DNA of 64,000 nucleotides from an uncultured Gammaproteobacteria bacterium (GCA_964344145.1 CAYFME010000001.1:16896-80895), one strand, 5' to 3'; shown: positions 16,550 to 27,080, counted from the first letter of the stretch. Numbers and translations: made by a program. The notes: a model not told the origin generated them from the letters alone.

Positions 16550-18949
16550 ATGGACAGTTCGGCACAAAAAAGAGCGGTGATTCTCGGTGCGGGTCCGGTG
16601 GGACTCGTTTCTGCGTGGCAGCTTGCAGAGCAAGGGTGGGCGGTAGAGATTTTTGAGAAGCAGGATCGCGTTGGGGGGATGTGCCGCACATGGAAGTGGC
16701 GCAATTTTCTTGTTGATACCGGACCACACATTTATCACACACCAGACACGCAACTTGCACAATTTTGGGAAGAACATTTCGGCGACCTTTTTGTGAAGGG
16801 GGAGTTTTGGTGTAAGAACGTTCGTGGGGAGCATTTTGATGAGTATTGGGACTACCCGCTATCGTGGGAGAGTATTGGTAAGTACCCACAGGAACTCAAG
16901 GAGACCATTCTCCAAGAGTTAGATGAACGAAGTGGGTACGACAAAGCGCGTGCGCGAAATTATACCGAGTACATGGATGCGTTAGTTGGTCCAACACTCC
17001 GAAAGATGTTTTTTGAAACGTATCCAAAAAAGGTTTGGGGCATTACGACCGACGAGATGACACCGGACTGGGCGCCCAAGCGTATGGAGTTTCGGCAGAA
17101 CGTCACTCCCTTTTATCACAACCAATGGAATGCGGTGGGGAAGTATGGAACGGGATGTATTTACGAACGGATCGCCCAAAAGATTCGAGCGCTCGGAGGC
17201 ACGATCCATCTTAATACAGAGGTGCGCAAGATTTGCGCGGACGGGAAGACATTAACGGCGATTGAATTTGCCGGTGATCGCGCGCCGTTGGTGCTCACGC
17301 CGGATGATGTGGTGATTTCCAGTTTACCCATTACGCTCACCGCGCGCTTTTTCGGCCATCAGAGCAAGCTTTCTTTTCGCGGTATCTGTGCCATCTATCT
17401 TGCGTATAAGAAGAAGGAAATTTTGCCGGAGGGGGTTCATTGGCTCTATTATGGTGCGGATGACATTGATTTTAATCGCATTACGGAGTCCAAGAAACTC
17501 GCCCCAAATGTGGCACCCGAAGATGAAACCTTTTTAACGATCGAGGTGACGTATAGCCGCGGAGATGACATTGACACCATGGATCCTGAGGTGCTTGCCA
17601 AGCGCATTGCACAGCAGGTGGAGCGTGTGGGGCTGGCGCGCGAAGACGAGGTGATTGATTGGAGTATTAACAAAGAGCCGTTTGTTTATCCATTGCAATA
17701 TGCCGGGTATCAGGATGAACTCGTAAAGACGCGCGCGGTTGTATCGCAATTTTCGAATCTCTATTCCATTGGTACCGGTGGAGATTATAACTACGCGGAT
17801 AGTCAAATTCTCTTTCACAAAGCCTTTGATACGGTGGCGATTCTTTGTGATAAGGATGCGTCGTACACGCAGGTGATTCGCGAGCAACGTCACGTAGAGC
17901 TCAATGAGACGATGGAGATCGGCGATCGCCGCATCGGAGAGGGTGAGCGACCGTTTATCATTGCCGAAGCAGGGATGAATCACAACGGAAGCATCGAGCT
18001 GGCAAAAGAATTGGTTGATGCCGCCGCGCGTGCAGGTGTTGATGCGGTGAAGTTTCAGACGTTCCGTGCAGCAAACCGTATTTCGCAGAAAGTGAAGGGC
18101 GTGCGTTACGCAGAGACAGTTATTGGGCTGGAAGAGACGCTCTATGAGATGTTCGACCGCTTAGCGATGTCCCCGGAAATGCACAAAGAGCTGTTTGCGT
18201 ATGCACGCGCGCAGGGCATTGAGATTTTTTCAACACCATTTGATGAGATCAGCGTTCGCTTGCTAGAGGAGCTCGGCGTGCCCATGTACAAGATCGCTTC
18301 GATGGATCTCGTGAACCTACCGCTCATTCGTACCGTGGCGCGCACCGGTAAGCCAATGATTCTGTCAACCGGGATGTCTACGATGGGACAGATTGAAGAG
18401 GCGCTGGATGCCGTTCGTGCACAAGGGAACCCAAACGCAGCACTTTTGCATTGCAACTCGTCGTATCCGGCGGCACCAAATGAGATGAACCTGCGCGCGA
18501 TTCAAACTATGCGCACAGCGTTTCGCGTGCCCACCGGGCTTTCGGATCACACGCTTGGTCTATCAGCATCGCACACGGCGCTTGCGCTGGGAGCCAATAT
18601 TATTGAGCGTCATTTTACCCTCGACCGTACGCTTGAAGGTCCGGATCATATTCTTTCCTCGGAACCGGATGAAATGGCCGAGCTTGTCGGGCTTGCGCGC
18701 ACCATTCCGGCGATGCTTGGCGATGGAGTGAAACGTATTCAGCCAAACGAGTACCAGACGTTGAATCAACAGCGAAAGAGTATCTATGCAGCGCGAAATA
18801 TCAAGGTGGGCGAGACGATAGACGCCGATGCGATTACCGTAAAGGGTCCTGGCGGGGGGCTGTTGCCGCGCTACGTCGAGATGGTGATTGGTCGCCCTGC
18901 ACGCCAAGACATCGAAGCCGATTATCCAATAACGTGGGACAATGTATAA
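16550..18949 (+). CDS. fusion: FAD/NAD(P)-binding oxidoreductase (amine-oxidase/Glf-like fold, N) + full-length NeuB-family ulosonic acid synthase with SAF domain (C)
   Basis: Start at the ATG (16550) after a 122-bp divergent intergenic region. N-terminus RAVILGAGPVGLVSAWQLAEQGWAVEIFEKQDRVGGMCRT is a dinucleotide-binding GxGxxG-EK-GG motif. From ~residue 480: PFIIAEAGMNHNGSIELAKELVDAAARAGVDAVKFQTF (NeuB TIM barrel). C-terminal SAF-like segment IKVGETIDADAITVKGPGGG. Confidence 0.7.
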   Translation: MDSSAQKRAVILGAGPVGLVSAWQLAEQGWAVEIFEKQDRVGGMCRTWKWRNFLVDTGPHIYHTPDTQLAQFWEEHFGDLFVKGEFWCKNVRGEHFDEYWDYPLSWESIGKYPQELKETILQELDERSGYDKARARNYTEYMDALVGPTLRKMFFETYPKKVWGITTDEMTPDWAPKRMEFRQNVTPFYHNQWNAVGKYGTGCIYERIAQKIRALGGTIHLNTEVRKICADGKTLTAIEFAGDRAPLVLTPDDVVISSLPITLTARFFGHQSKLSFRGICAIYLAYKKKEILPEGVHWLYYGADDIDFNRITESKKLAPNVAPEDETFLTIEVTYSRGDDIDTMDPEVLAKRIAQQVERVGLAREDEVIDWSINKEPFVYPLQYAGYQDELVKTRAVVSQFSNLYSIGTGGDYNYADSQILFHKAFDTVAILCDKDASYTQVIREQRHVELNETMEIGDRRIGEGERPFIIAEAGMNHNGSIELAKELVDAAARAGVDAVKFQTFRAANRISQKVKGVRYAETVIGLEETLYEMFDRLAMSPEMHKELFAYARAQGIEIFSTPFDEISVRLLEELGVPMYKIASMDLVNLPLIRTVARTGKPMILSTGMSTMGQIEEALDAVRAQGNPNAALLHCNSSYPAAPNEMNLRAIQTMRTAFRVPTGLSDHTLGLSASHTALALGANIIERHFTLDRTLEGPDHILSSEPDEMAELVGLARTIPAMLGDGVKRIQPNEYQTLNQQRKSIYAARNIKVGETIDADAITVKGPGGGLLPRYVEMVIGRPARQDIEADYPITWDNV

Positions 18950-19706
18950 CGTTGAAGGCAAATCCATACTGGTGACGGGAGCGCTGGGGCAGCTTGGACG
19001 CGCGTATTGCACGGCGTTGGCACAAGCCGGGGCGCGGGTTATTGTTTCGGACGTTGATGGAGAAGCGTGTGGAAAATTTGCAGGCGAGCTGATCGGAGAT
19101 GTGGATCATATTGGTATCCCACTCGATGTGGGCGATCCTGCATCGGTAAAGAGTGCGTTTGCGACGATTGAGGAGCAGTACGGCACGCTGGATGTACTGG
19201 TGAACAACGCCGGCATTGCGGTCTTCACGCCGTTTGCGGAGCGTAGTTTTGAGGATTTTATGCGCGTCTTTCGCGTGAACGCCGGTGGCGTCTTCCTTTG
19301 CACACAGGCCGCGAGTGCGCTCATGCAAAAGAACGGAACCAAAGGGGTCATTGTGAACATCGGATCCATTTATGGTGTGGTGAGCAGTAATCCGAGTATC
19401 TACACTGATTGCAACCGAATGAACTCGGAGTGTTATAGTGGATCCAAAGCCGCTATTATTCACATGACGAAATACTTTGCCGCGCATTTAGCGCCATATA
19501 GTATCCGGGTGAATTGCCTGTCGCCAGGCGGCGTCTTTAATCATCAAGGGGAAGATTTTGTAGAAAACTACACGAAGAAGACCCCGATGGCACGCATGGG
19601 CAGCGAAGAGGACATGGCGCGCGCCTTGCTGTTTCTCGCGTCAAGGGATTGTCCTTACCTTACTGGTCATAATCTTATTGTCGATGGCGGATTCACCGCT
19701 TGGTAA
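18942..19706 (+). CDS. SDR-family oxidoreductase
   Basis: ILVTGALGQLGRA Rossmann motif, NNAG, YSGSKAA (YxxxK). Confidence 0.8.
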   Translation: MYNVEGKSILVTGALGQLGRAYCTALAQAGARVIVSDVDGEACGKFAGELIGDVDHIGIPLDVGDPASVKSAFATIEEQYGTLDVLVNNAGIAVFTPFAERSFEDFMRVFRVNAGGVFLCTQAASALMQKNGTKGVIVNIGSIYGVVSSNPSIYTDCNRMNSECYSGSKAAIIHMTKYFAAHLAPYSIRVNCLSPGGVFNHQGEDFVENYTKKTPMARMGSEEDMARALLFLASRDCPYLTGHNLIVDGGFTAW

Positions 19707-20845
19707 TTATGGAAAATCGAGTCTATCTTGAGCAGTGGCTTGTCGACGCGGTTGCGCTGGCAAAAAAAATACACTCTTGTGCCCAAGAACGTGGCGGGAT
19801 GAGTGCGTTTACGATTGCGACGACTGTCAAGGCGGTTGATCGTACTCGTCCGTATCTCACACCACTGCGTTACTTGCGCGATGGAGCGATTGGCGGTGCC
19901 CTTGCATTTTCTCAGTTGCAGGCACGTCTCCTGTGTCGCGAGGTTGATGGCCTCGTTGATTGGATTTTGGTTGATGCCGAGAAAAAGATCCCGGTGAGCT
20001 TTGGGTATGATGAGGAGACGATTCAGCATTTTGCCATTGAGCCACCAGAAGTGAAGACGCATTCACGCATTCATGTTGAGCTGGGGAATCTCAGCGCGGC
20101 CTGTGCGCCGTATGCAAAGAAAAGCACGCTGTGTGAGTACAAGCCAAATGATATTACGGTTGAGGCTGTATGGCATAGTATCGCGCGCATGAAGGGGATT
20201 CTTTCCGGCAAGAAGATTGCCATCATTGGGTGTGGGAATGTGGGATTTAAATTGGCACTAAAATTGGTCGAGAGCGGATGCAGCGTTGAAATTCATCGTC
20301 GTGACGCACACCGTGGTTCATGTATGGCTGACACGATCAATATCGTGAAGTCTCCATCAACCGTCGCGATCGCACATTACAATCCCGACCCGCTGCAAGC
20401 ATCGCTGTTTGCAGATGTCATCGTTGGCTGTACAAACGGCACCCCGGCAATTACCTGGGAGATGATGCAGGCTATGCGTCCCGATGGTGTGGTGATTGAT
20501 CTTGGAAAAGGAACGGTTCATGAGGATGCGCTTGCGCGCGCCATCAAGGCCGGTATCTCCGTGGTGCGCGCCGATGTCGGCTCCGGTATGGAGGGACTCA
20601 TTGCTACCATGAGGCGCAGTCACGAGCTGCATCGCGCAGAGATTGGCAGGCGTCTGCTTGGAGGTGGCGTGGCTATTGTCTCGGGCGGATACATGGGGCT
20701 TGATGGAGATGTGATCGTGGACAACTATCATGATCCAACCTATGTTGTTGGCATTGCAAACGGTCGCGGAGATCTCCGCATTGATCATACAGAAGCAGAC
20801 AAGAAGGCGCTTGCGAGTGTTCAACAGATGATCGCACCCGTATAA
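19700..20845 (+). CDS. NAD(P)-binding Rossmann-fold protein of unknown specificity (amino-acid/opine dehydrogenase-like)
   Basis: KIAIIGCGNVGFKLALKLVESGCSVEIHRRD dinucleotide-binding motif in the middle of the protein. No other signature recognised. Confidence 0.35.
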   Translation: MVIMENRVYLEQWLVDAVALAKKIHSCAQERGGMSAFTIATTVKAVDRTRPYLTPLRYLRDGAIGGALAFSQLQARLLCREVDGLVDWILVDAEKKIPVSFGYDEETIQHFAIEPPEVKTHSRIHVELGNLSAACAPYAKKSTLCEYKPNDITVEAVWHSIARMKGILSGKKIAIIGCGNVGFKLALKLVESGCSVEIHRRDAHRGSCMADTINIVKSPSTVAIAHYNPDPLQASLFADVIVGCTNGTPAITWEMMQAMRPDGVVIDLGKGTVHEDALARAIKAGISVVRADVGSGMEGLIATMRRSHELHRAEIGRRLLGGGVAIVSGGYMGLDGDVIVDNYHDPTYVVGIANGRGDLRIDHTEADKKALASVQQMIAPV

Positions 20846-20848
20846 TCT

Positions 20849-21532
20849 ATGAAACTTGTTGCCGTCATCCCCGCGCGCGCAGGGAGCAAGAGCGTGCCAA
20901 AGAAAAATATCCGTCCGCTTGATGGAAAGCCCCTGCTTCAATACTCGGTTGAGTACGCGCTTGCGTGCCCGCTCGTTGATCGGGTCGTTGTTTCAACGGA
21001 TTCGCAAGAATTTGCCGATGTTGCCAAGAAGGCAGGCGCCGAGGTGCCTTTTTTGCGCCCCGCAGAGTTTGCGACGGATGACGCTCAGGATTATGGCGTG
21101 ATGCGTCATGCCTTAGACGCGCTGGAGGAGCTTTGGGGAGAAAATATTGACCTCATTGCTCTGTTACGCCCGACTTCTCCCCTGCGCCCAAAGGGTCTTA
21201 TTGAGCGTGCTGTGACACTGATGGATCAGCATCCGGAGGCGACGCATATCCGCTCGGTTGCCAAGAGCGTGGAGCATCCATATCGGCAATGGAAATACAA
21301 TGGTCCCTTTATCGAAGGGCTTTTTTCTGACGTTGATGAGTCTTATAACATTCCACGACAAGCCCTTCCGGAGATGTTTTTTCAAACAGGGGATTTGGAA
21401 ATGATGCGGCGTGAAACACTGCTCGCGGGGTCGATCACCGGTTCACGTGTGCTGCCTCTGATTATTGATCACGATGCGATGGTAGACATCGATACCGAGG
21501 CGGATTTTGCCGAAGCAACAAGCCGTGTATGA
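20849..21532 (+). CDS. N-acylneuraminate (CMP-NulO) cytidylyltransferase, NeuA-like
   Basis: VAVIPARAGSKSVPKKNIRPLDGKPLL is the canonical NeuA/CTP_transf_3 N-terminus. Length 227 aa. Confidence 0.8.
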   Translation: MKLVAVIPARAGSKSVPKKNIRPLDGKPLLQYSVEYALACPLVDRVVVSTDSQEFADVAKKAGAEVPFLRPAEFATDDAQDYGVMRHALDALEELWGENIDLIALLRPTSPLRPKGLIERAVTLMDQHPEATHIRSVAKSVEHPYRQWKYNGPFIEGLFSDVDESYNIPRQALPEMFFQTGDLEMMRRETLLAGSITGSRVLPLIIDHDAMVDIDTEADFAEATSRV

Positions 21533-22413
21533 ATCGTGACCAGCTTTGCATTGGCACGGTCAAGTTTGGTGTGCCCGACTATGGGTTTTCGTCGCAAGAA
21601 GGTCGTGCGTTTGATGCAGGGGCGTTTGTGCGCGACGTGTTGGCGCGCGGCATTCATCGCTTTGACACCGCGCCACGGTATGGGGACAGTGAAGCAGTAC
21701 TTGGACGAGCCTTTGCCGGCCTGGGCGAGCCCGTGTGGATATCGTCAAAAGGAGAAGACCTTGTCGTGAGGAGTCCAGATAATGCGGTACACATGGAAGA
21801 AAGCGCGCGCCGGTCGATCGAACGCCTTGGCGTTGACGCGCTTGATCTTTTCTATCTCCACCAAAACGAGCTTACGATCTTGCAAGATCCAACCGTTCAC
21901 GCAGGCCTCGCGCGTCTGAAGGAGCTTGGCATTGTCCGTGCGGTTGGAGCGTCTGTGTATAGTCACGACGAATGCGCGTATGCGCTTGGAAGTGGCGTTT
22001 TTGATTACATACAAGTCCCTGTGAGTGTTTTGGATGTTGGGTTTTATGATCGGTTTATCAAAAACAATACATCAGCGGTGAAGTTTGTTGCGCGCTCGCT
22101 TCTGCTGCAGGGCTTGATTGTGAATCGAACCTACGGCCGCGAACGGATCAAACAGTGGGAGGGCATCGCAGACCATCTTGCGTTTCTCGATGAACACGCG
22201 GCCGCGCTTGGCCTGTCGACGCTCGAACTCGCCCTTGCGTTTGTTTTTTCTCTTCCAGACATCGACCACGCCATCATCGGAACGACCTCTATTGGCAACG
22301 TCGAAAAAAATATCGCGTGTCTTGACCTGGCGCTCCCCGAGGAGATTCACCGGTCGCTTTACGCTCGCGCCGTCAAGCCGCGAACATGGACAAATCCGCG
22401 TCATTGGGTTTAA
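21529..22413 (+). CDS. aldo/keto reductase
   Basis: GTVKFGVPDYG...FDTAPRYGDSE AKR N-terminal signature. ATGA coupling to the upstream gene. Confidence 0.8.
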   Translation: MNRDQLCIGTVKFGVPDYGFSSQEGRAFDAGAFVRDVLARGIHRFDTAPRYGDSEAVLGRAFAGLGEPVWISSKGEDLVVRSPDNAVHMEESARRSIERLGVDALDLFYLHQNELTILQDPTVHAGLARLKELGIVRAVGASVYSHDECAYALGSGVFDYIQVPVSVLDVGFYDRFIKNNTSAVKFVARSLLLQGLIVNRTYGRERIKQWEGIADHLAFLDEHAAALGLSTLELALAFVFSLPDIDHAIIGTTSIGNVEKNIACLDLALPEEIHRSLYARAVKPRTWTNPRHWV

Positions 22414-22425
22414 GATGAGGCAATT

Positions 22426-23310
22426 ATGAGGCGTTTTCTTATTGGATGCATGCACGCTGTGCGACGTACGAAGGAATTCGTGGGGCTTTTTTATTCGCGA
22501 AAAACGTTGCGAGGGGCGCAATCAATGGATTTTCTTGGGGCTACGCTTGTTGGGCAGGGTTTCATGATTGCGAGCTATCGCACGATGGATCATGAAGCGT
22601 TTGTTCGATCGTTTGATCATCTGTTTGCCTATCTGCACAAACAACGCGCGGGACAGGAGATTACGGTGCTCGACGTTGGAGCGAATATGGGCTTCTACGC
22701 GTTTGCCTTTGCCCAACATCAGCCTGTGCACGTGCTCGCCTACGAGCCATCACGCTCGACCTTTGAAGCGCTCAAGCAAAATATCGCGCACAACAACATG
22801 CGGCACATCGAGGCATTTCCGGTCGCGCTCTTTTCGCAGGAGAAGACCATGACCATGGGAACGCCACGCGGGGCCATCGAGCAACGAGGAATCAACCGCC
22901 TCCTGAAGTATTTTGATCGAGAAGAGTCGGGCTGTCGCAGCATGTACCATGCCGACGATGCCGCAGCCGAGACCATTGATTGTTTTCGTGGTGATGATCG
23001 CCAAGAGATCCTGTCGCGCCCGACCATTGATTTTATCAAGATTGATGTTGAGGGAGCCGAGCTTGAAGCATTGCGTGGTCTTGCAGAAACCGTGAAAGCG
23101 CATGTGCCTGTTTTGCAAATGGAATGGAATCCGGTCGGCTTCGCAGCATCGGGAACGAATCCGCAGACCGTGCTTGATACGCTTCGTTCACTCGGGTATA
23201 CGCATGTGGCAACGGGGTACGCGGATGCTGATTGGTGGAAGCATGGAAGCGCCCTTTCGGGATACCGTGCCCCTGAAGGAAATCACGATCTCGTGTTTTA
23301 TCGTGTATGA
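22426..23310 (+). CDS. FkbM-family methyltransferase
   Basis: VLDVGANMGFYAFAFA and IDFIKIDVEGAELEAL are hallmark FkbM motifs. Confidence 0.75.
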   Translation: MRRFLIGCMHAVRRTKEFVGLFYSRKTLRGAQSMDFLGATLVGQGFMIASYRTMDHEAFVRSFDHLFAYLHKQRAGQEITVLDVGANMGFYAFAFAQHQPVHVLAYEPSRSTFEALKQNIAHNNMRHIEAFPVALFSQEKTMTMGTPRGAIEQRGINRLLKYFDREESGCRSMYHADDAAAETIDCFRGDDRQEILSRPTIDFIKIDVEGAELEALRGLAETVKAHVPVLQMEWNPVGFAASGTNPQTVLDTLRSLGYTHVATGYADADWWKHGSALSGYRAPEGNHDLVFYRV

Positions 23311-24965
23311 GCAAAATCATCGCGCTCTATCGACCAACGCGCATTGATCGTCTCCAAGCACGTATTGCCCACCTGTGTGGGCGGACGGTTTATGAGTGGG
23401 CAAATCCGGATGCCCCGCATCGCATTGCCTTTCCACCGAGCCGTGAATGGACACCCATCATGCTCGATGCGCGCGAACGACTCGCCCGCTACCGTGATCG
23501 GCACTGGCAGCATGCTCCGGATGTGTACATGCGTGATTATGTCTGCAAAACATACGACCTGTTGATTGGAGACTATACCGCCTTCCGAGTTGCTCTCGCC
23601 GAGCAACATGCTGACGATCATGTTCGGATCGTGGGATCACGCGTATTGCGGCGTATTCATGATGGCGAAGCACCAACGCGTTCTCTGATCTTTTTTCTTG
23701 GACTGCCGGTGGCTTTTTTCCTGTTTGTACGCACACTGTTGCGCGCCTCGCTCCTCTCTCTTATGGCAAAGGGTGATGTTGAGCATCCCGAGGTTCTTTA
23801 TGTGCGCAAAAAAGTGTATCCGGATTTGTCGGTGAGTGCGCGATTAGGGGCGGCGGTGCGCGCACAGGATCTGACCTTTGCCGGATCCTTTCTTGCGTTC
23901 GGGCGAGCAAAAGAGCGCTACGGCTTTTTCTTTCTCAATGCGTTTGCTGGTGCCGGGCGTCTTGTCAGACTCGCTGCGTGGCGTGTTGCGCGGACGATGG
24001 TCAGTGATGCACGGTTTTTTTATCGCGCCGGGGTGCCGGTACGATTGTTTTCAACGTATTTGAGGCACGCACTACACGCGGCGATGATCACAGGGCTTAG
24101 GAGTCGGTTGCTTACCGGTGTGCTTGTCGACAAGCCCTTTTTTGTTTTGCTTGCACGGTACAAGCGTGCAGAGCAACGGATGGTGAGTCTAAATGAGTTT
24201 TTCTCTTTTTATCCGTATCGCGGATTTGATTACAATCATTTAGACATTTATTATTCCATGAATGCCATTGATGCCGCACAACAAAACAAACATGGGGGCC
24301 GTATCCACGAGACACGCCATATTCCATTTTTTCGGCAGCATCAAGTCAGTACCGGAAAGGGGATTTCAAAAGATCTTCAGGTGCTTCTTGCGCAATACAA
24401 AACGCGCGTGTTGGCAACCACAACGCAAATCGCCACGCGCGTCTATTCGCAATGGTCCACTGATGAGCTGTGTGCATTCATTCGGACGATCGGGGAGCTT
24501 GCTCGTGCCAATCCCAATCAGTTGTTCATTATCAAAGGAAAAAAAGGCGAACTTCGCGCCATGCCCGCTGATGAACTTCGCGCCATCGAAGCGCAGCCGA
24601 ACGTCTATGTTATCCATTCCGATGTGCCGCGCATGCTCGAGTATAATCAATTTGAAGATCTGCTCCCCAAGGCTAACGTCTTGATCTCCATGGCACATCA
24701 ATCGACAACGGTCTGGCAGGCGATCGCATCTGGGATTCCAGCGATTGCCGTCAACGACGTGCATCCAAAGAGCTTCCTCTCCGAATACAAGCATCTTGAG
24801 GTTCCTCTGGACGCGCTTGCAGACGCATTAACGTATTGGTTGACGGTAACCCCGGAGGCATGGCAAGCATTTCGGGAACAACTTGTCCGGCAGGTGAATA
24901 TCAGCGATGCCGATGGTATGCAGATCGTCGCAAAGGATATATTGAAGATTCAGGAAGATGTATGA
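23307..24965 (+). CDS. hypothetical protein, possibly TagF-like/GT-B polymerase
   Basis: ATGA coupling at both ends. The C-terminal region (IIKGKKGE...VYVIHSDVPRMLEY...VLISMAHQSTTVWQAIASGIPAIAV) loosely resembles the C-terminal nucleotide-binding half of TagF-like enzymes. Weak. Confidence 0.3.
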   Translation: MSKIIALYRPTRIDRLQARIAHLCGRTVYEWANPDAPHRIAFPPSREWTPIMLDARERLARYRDRHWQHAPDVYMRDYVCKTYDLLIGDYTAFRVALAEQHADDHVRIVGSRVLRRIHDGEAPTRSLIFFLGLPVAFFLFVRTLLRASLLSLMAKGDVEHPEVLYVRKKVYPDLSVSARLGAAVRAQDLTFAGSFLAFGRAKERYGFFFLNAFAGAGRLVRLAAWRVARTMVSDARFFYRAGVPVRLFSTYLRHALHAAMITGLRSRLLTGVLVDKPFFVLLARYKRAEQRMVSLNEFFSFYPYRGFDYNHLDIYYSMNAIDAAQQNKHGGRIHETRHIPFFRQHQVSTGKGISKDLQVLLAQYKTRVLATTTQIATRVYSQWSTDELCAFIRTIGELARANPNQLFIIKGKKGELRAMPADELRAIEAQPNVYVIHSDVPRMLEYNQFEDLLPKANVLISMAHQSTTVWQAIASGIPAIAVNDVHPKSFLSEYKHLEVPLDALADALTYWLTVTPEAWQAFREQLVRQVNISDADGMQIVAKDILKIQEDV

Positions 24966-27079
24966 GGGGCGCAACAGGACAACGGGCAGATGCCCCGCAT
25001 GAGATTCGGGAGAACCTTCGTACGTTTTCGAACATTCTTTCTTCGTGCGGAGTTCCGTTTTGGTTGGAGGCAGGGACGGCGCTTGCGGCGCATCGCGATG
25101 GGAAGATTTTTCCCTGGGAGCACGATGTGGATGTGGCGACATGGATTGATCACAAGGAGGGCGTGTTGAGTGCTGTTTCAAAGATGCGCGCACGGGGCTG
25201 GACGGTGAAGATCCAAAAGGGCTTTCCGTACCTCGATAACATTATCCAGGTCACCTTGCCGACGCTTCCAGACGGTCGTGAGCCATTCCCGAATCAATAC
25301 GACATCTATCTGTATCGCCGTGTGGAGGATAAGGCGATGATGCGGTGGATCCATCAGCCAACTGGGCGTTTCGCTTCGCTACAAAAGAAGATGATCTGGT
25401 ACGCAAAGGCATTGGCGCTGCCACGTGGGCGCAAGGCGAGGAGCGTCAAGTGGATTCCGCAATCCCTTCGTCGCGGTGTCTTTGCCCTTGTCTTGCACCT
25501 TCTTGTCCGCTTTGGACAATGCAAATACCACGTGCATCCATTGCGTTTTTTTCAAGAGCTGCGAACGATGGATTTTTACGGTGTTACGGTGCAGATTCCC
25601 AAGGATACCGATGCGTTTCTTGCGCACCGTTATGGACCGGGATGGAAAAGCCCTGATCCGCAATTTAACCAAAGCGGGAAGTGGAAGAAATCAAACGCGC
25701 GCCCCGAGTTACCGTTGCGCCTACTAGGGATGCCACGTATTGAGTATGGATTACAAGAGCGAAGGAATGAGCGTGTGGAGCTTGCACAACAGTTGATGCA
25801 GGCGGGCGTGCGTGCCGGACATCCCGCAGCGTTTATGCGCGATCTTGTCTCTCGCGACGGGAGCACACTCACGATCAATGGGCAGCAGTATCCTATTGAA
25901 AATGGTGTGAAGATGCTTGCGTTTGGCAAGGCGGCCGGCTCAATGGCGGAGGCATTTGTTGAGATGGTTGGAGCGGAGCGTATCAGTGCGGGGTTAGTGT
26001 CCGCTCCGCGTCTTGATACCTCATCGCTGCGCCAATATGCGCAGATTGAATGTATTGAAGGAACCCATCCGTTTGTGAGTGAGCAGAGTCTCTTGGCAGG
26101 ACAGCACGCGCTCGCTTTTGCAGATGCGTGCACGGAATCGGACGTGGTCGTCTGCCTTGTGTCCGGTGGCGGTTCCGCATTGCTCGCCCATCCGGCGGAG
26201 GGGATCACGCTTCAACAGAAAATTGACTTTGTACGCACGTGTATGCAGCGTGGTATTGCGGAGCGAGAATTGAATGTCGTGCGAAAGGGACTCTCAGCGA
26301 TCAAGGGAGGAAAGTTGGCGAGAAAAATGGCTCCTGCGACCATCGTAAACATCATTCTTTCTGACGAGCGGTCGCATCAGATAGAGGCAAATGCATCTGG
26401 CCCAACGGTGCCAAACAATACGACGCTGACTGCCCAAGCCGTGCTGCAAGAAGCGGGGATGTGGGAAGAAACGCCGCGGCATCTGCGTGACGTGCTGGTG
26501 CGCAATCCATCACTCACGGATGATGATCTTGCAGACATCCATCTGGCGACGAGGTTAGTGCCCGGGCGAGATCATGCCCTTGCTGGTATGCGAAAAGCGG
26601 CAGCGCGTTTATGTGATTCCGTTACGGTGCACGAGGATTTTTTTCACGAAAAGACGCACGGAAGTGTTGAGGAAGTCGCGCAACGGTTGGGTACGTTCTT
26701 TCGTAAACAATTTGCGCACGCCGGGGCTGGCCGACACGCAGTACTTGCCCATGGAGAAGTTATGGTTCCGGCAAAAAAAGAAAGTCGTGGTGGCCGATGT
26801 CAGCACCTCGCAGCGCTTATGCTTAATGAATTGCGCTCTATTCCTGCGTTCACGTTTGCGGCGCTGTCCTCAGACGGGTGTGACTTTTTGCACGGAGTGC
26901 ACGGAGCGGTGATCACCGATGCAACCATCGCACGCGTTGACCGTGATCGTATTGACTGCGCAGATGCTGTTGACCAGACAGCAACCCATGCGTTGCATGA
27001 GCGGCTTGGCACGTTAGCAACTGGAGACTACACTGGGACGAATGTAAACGACTACTATATTTTCATCTTCGATACGTAA
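24962..27079 (+). CDS. fusion: LicD-family (phosphocholine/phospho-polyol transferase fold, N) + glycerate 2-kinase MOFRL family (C)
   Basis: N-terminus FWLEAGTALAAHRDGKIFPWEHDVDVA is the LicD/fukutin WLxxGTLLGxxRxxxxIPWDDDxD motif. The C-terminal half carries KMLAFGKAAGSMAEAF (GKAA..MA) and VVCLVSGGGSALLAHPAEGITLQQKIDFVRTCMQRGIAERELNVVRKGLSAIKGGKLA (SGGGSAL...RK.LS.IKGG.LA). Also AALSSDGCDFLHGVHGAVIT, the MOFRL DGxDG motif. Start ATG at 24962 forms an ATGA overlap. Confidence 0.7.
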   Translation: MRGATGQRADAPHEIRENLRTFSNILSSCGVPFWLEAGTALAAHRDGKIFPWEHDVDVATWIDHKEGVLSAVSKMRARGWTVKIQKGFPYLDNIIQVTLPTLPDGREPFPNQYDIYLYRRVEDKAMMRWIHQPTGRFASLQKKMIWYAKALALPRGRKARSVKWIPQSLRRGVFALVLHLLVRFGQCKYHVHPLRFFQELRTMDFYGVTVQIPKDTDAFLAHRYGPGWKSPDPQFNQSGKWKKSNARPELPLRLLGMPRIEYGLQERRNERVELAQQLMQAGVRAGHPAAFMRDLVSRDGSTLTINGQQYPIENGVKMLAFGKAAGSMAEAFVEMVGAERISAGLVSAPRLDTSSLRQYAQIECIEGTHPFVSEQSLLAGQHALAFADACTESDVVVCLVSGGGSALLAHPAEGITLQQKIDFVRTCMQRGIAERELNVVRKGLSAIKGGKLARKMAPATIVNIILSDERSHQIEANASGPTVPNNTTLTAQAVLQEAGMWEETPRHLRDVLVRNPSLTDDDLADIHLATRLVPGRDHALAGMRKAAARLCDSVTVHEDFFHEKTHGSVEEVAQRLGTFFRKQFAHAGAGRHAVLAHGEVMVPAKKESRGGRCQHLAALMLNELRSIPAFTFAALSSDGCDFLHGVHGAVITDATIARVDRDRIDCADAVDQTATHALHERLGTLATGDYTGTNVNDYYIFIFDT

Positions 27080-27080
27080 T

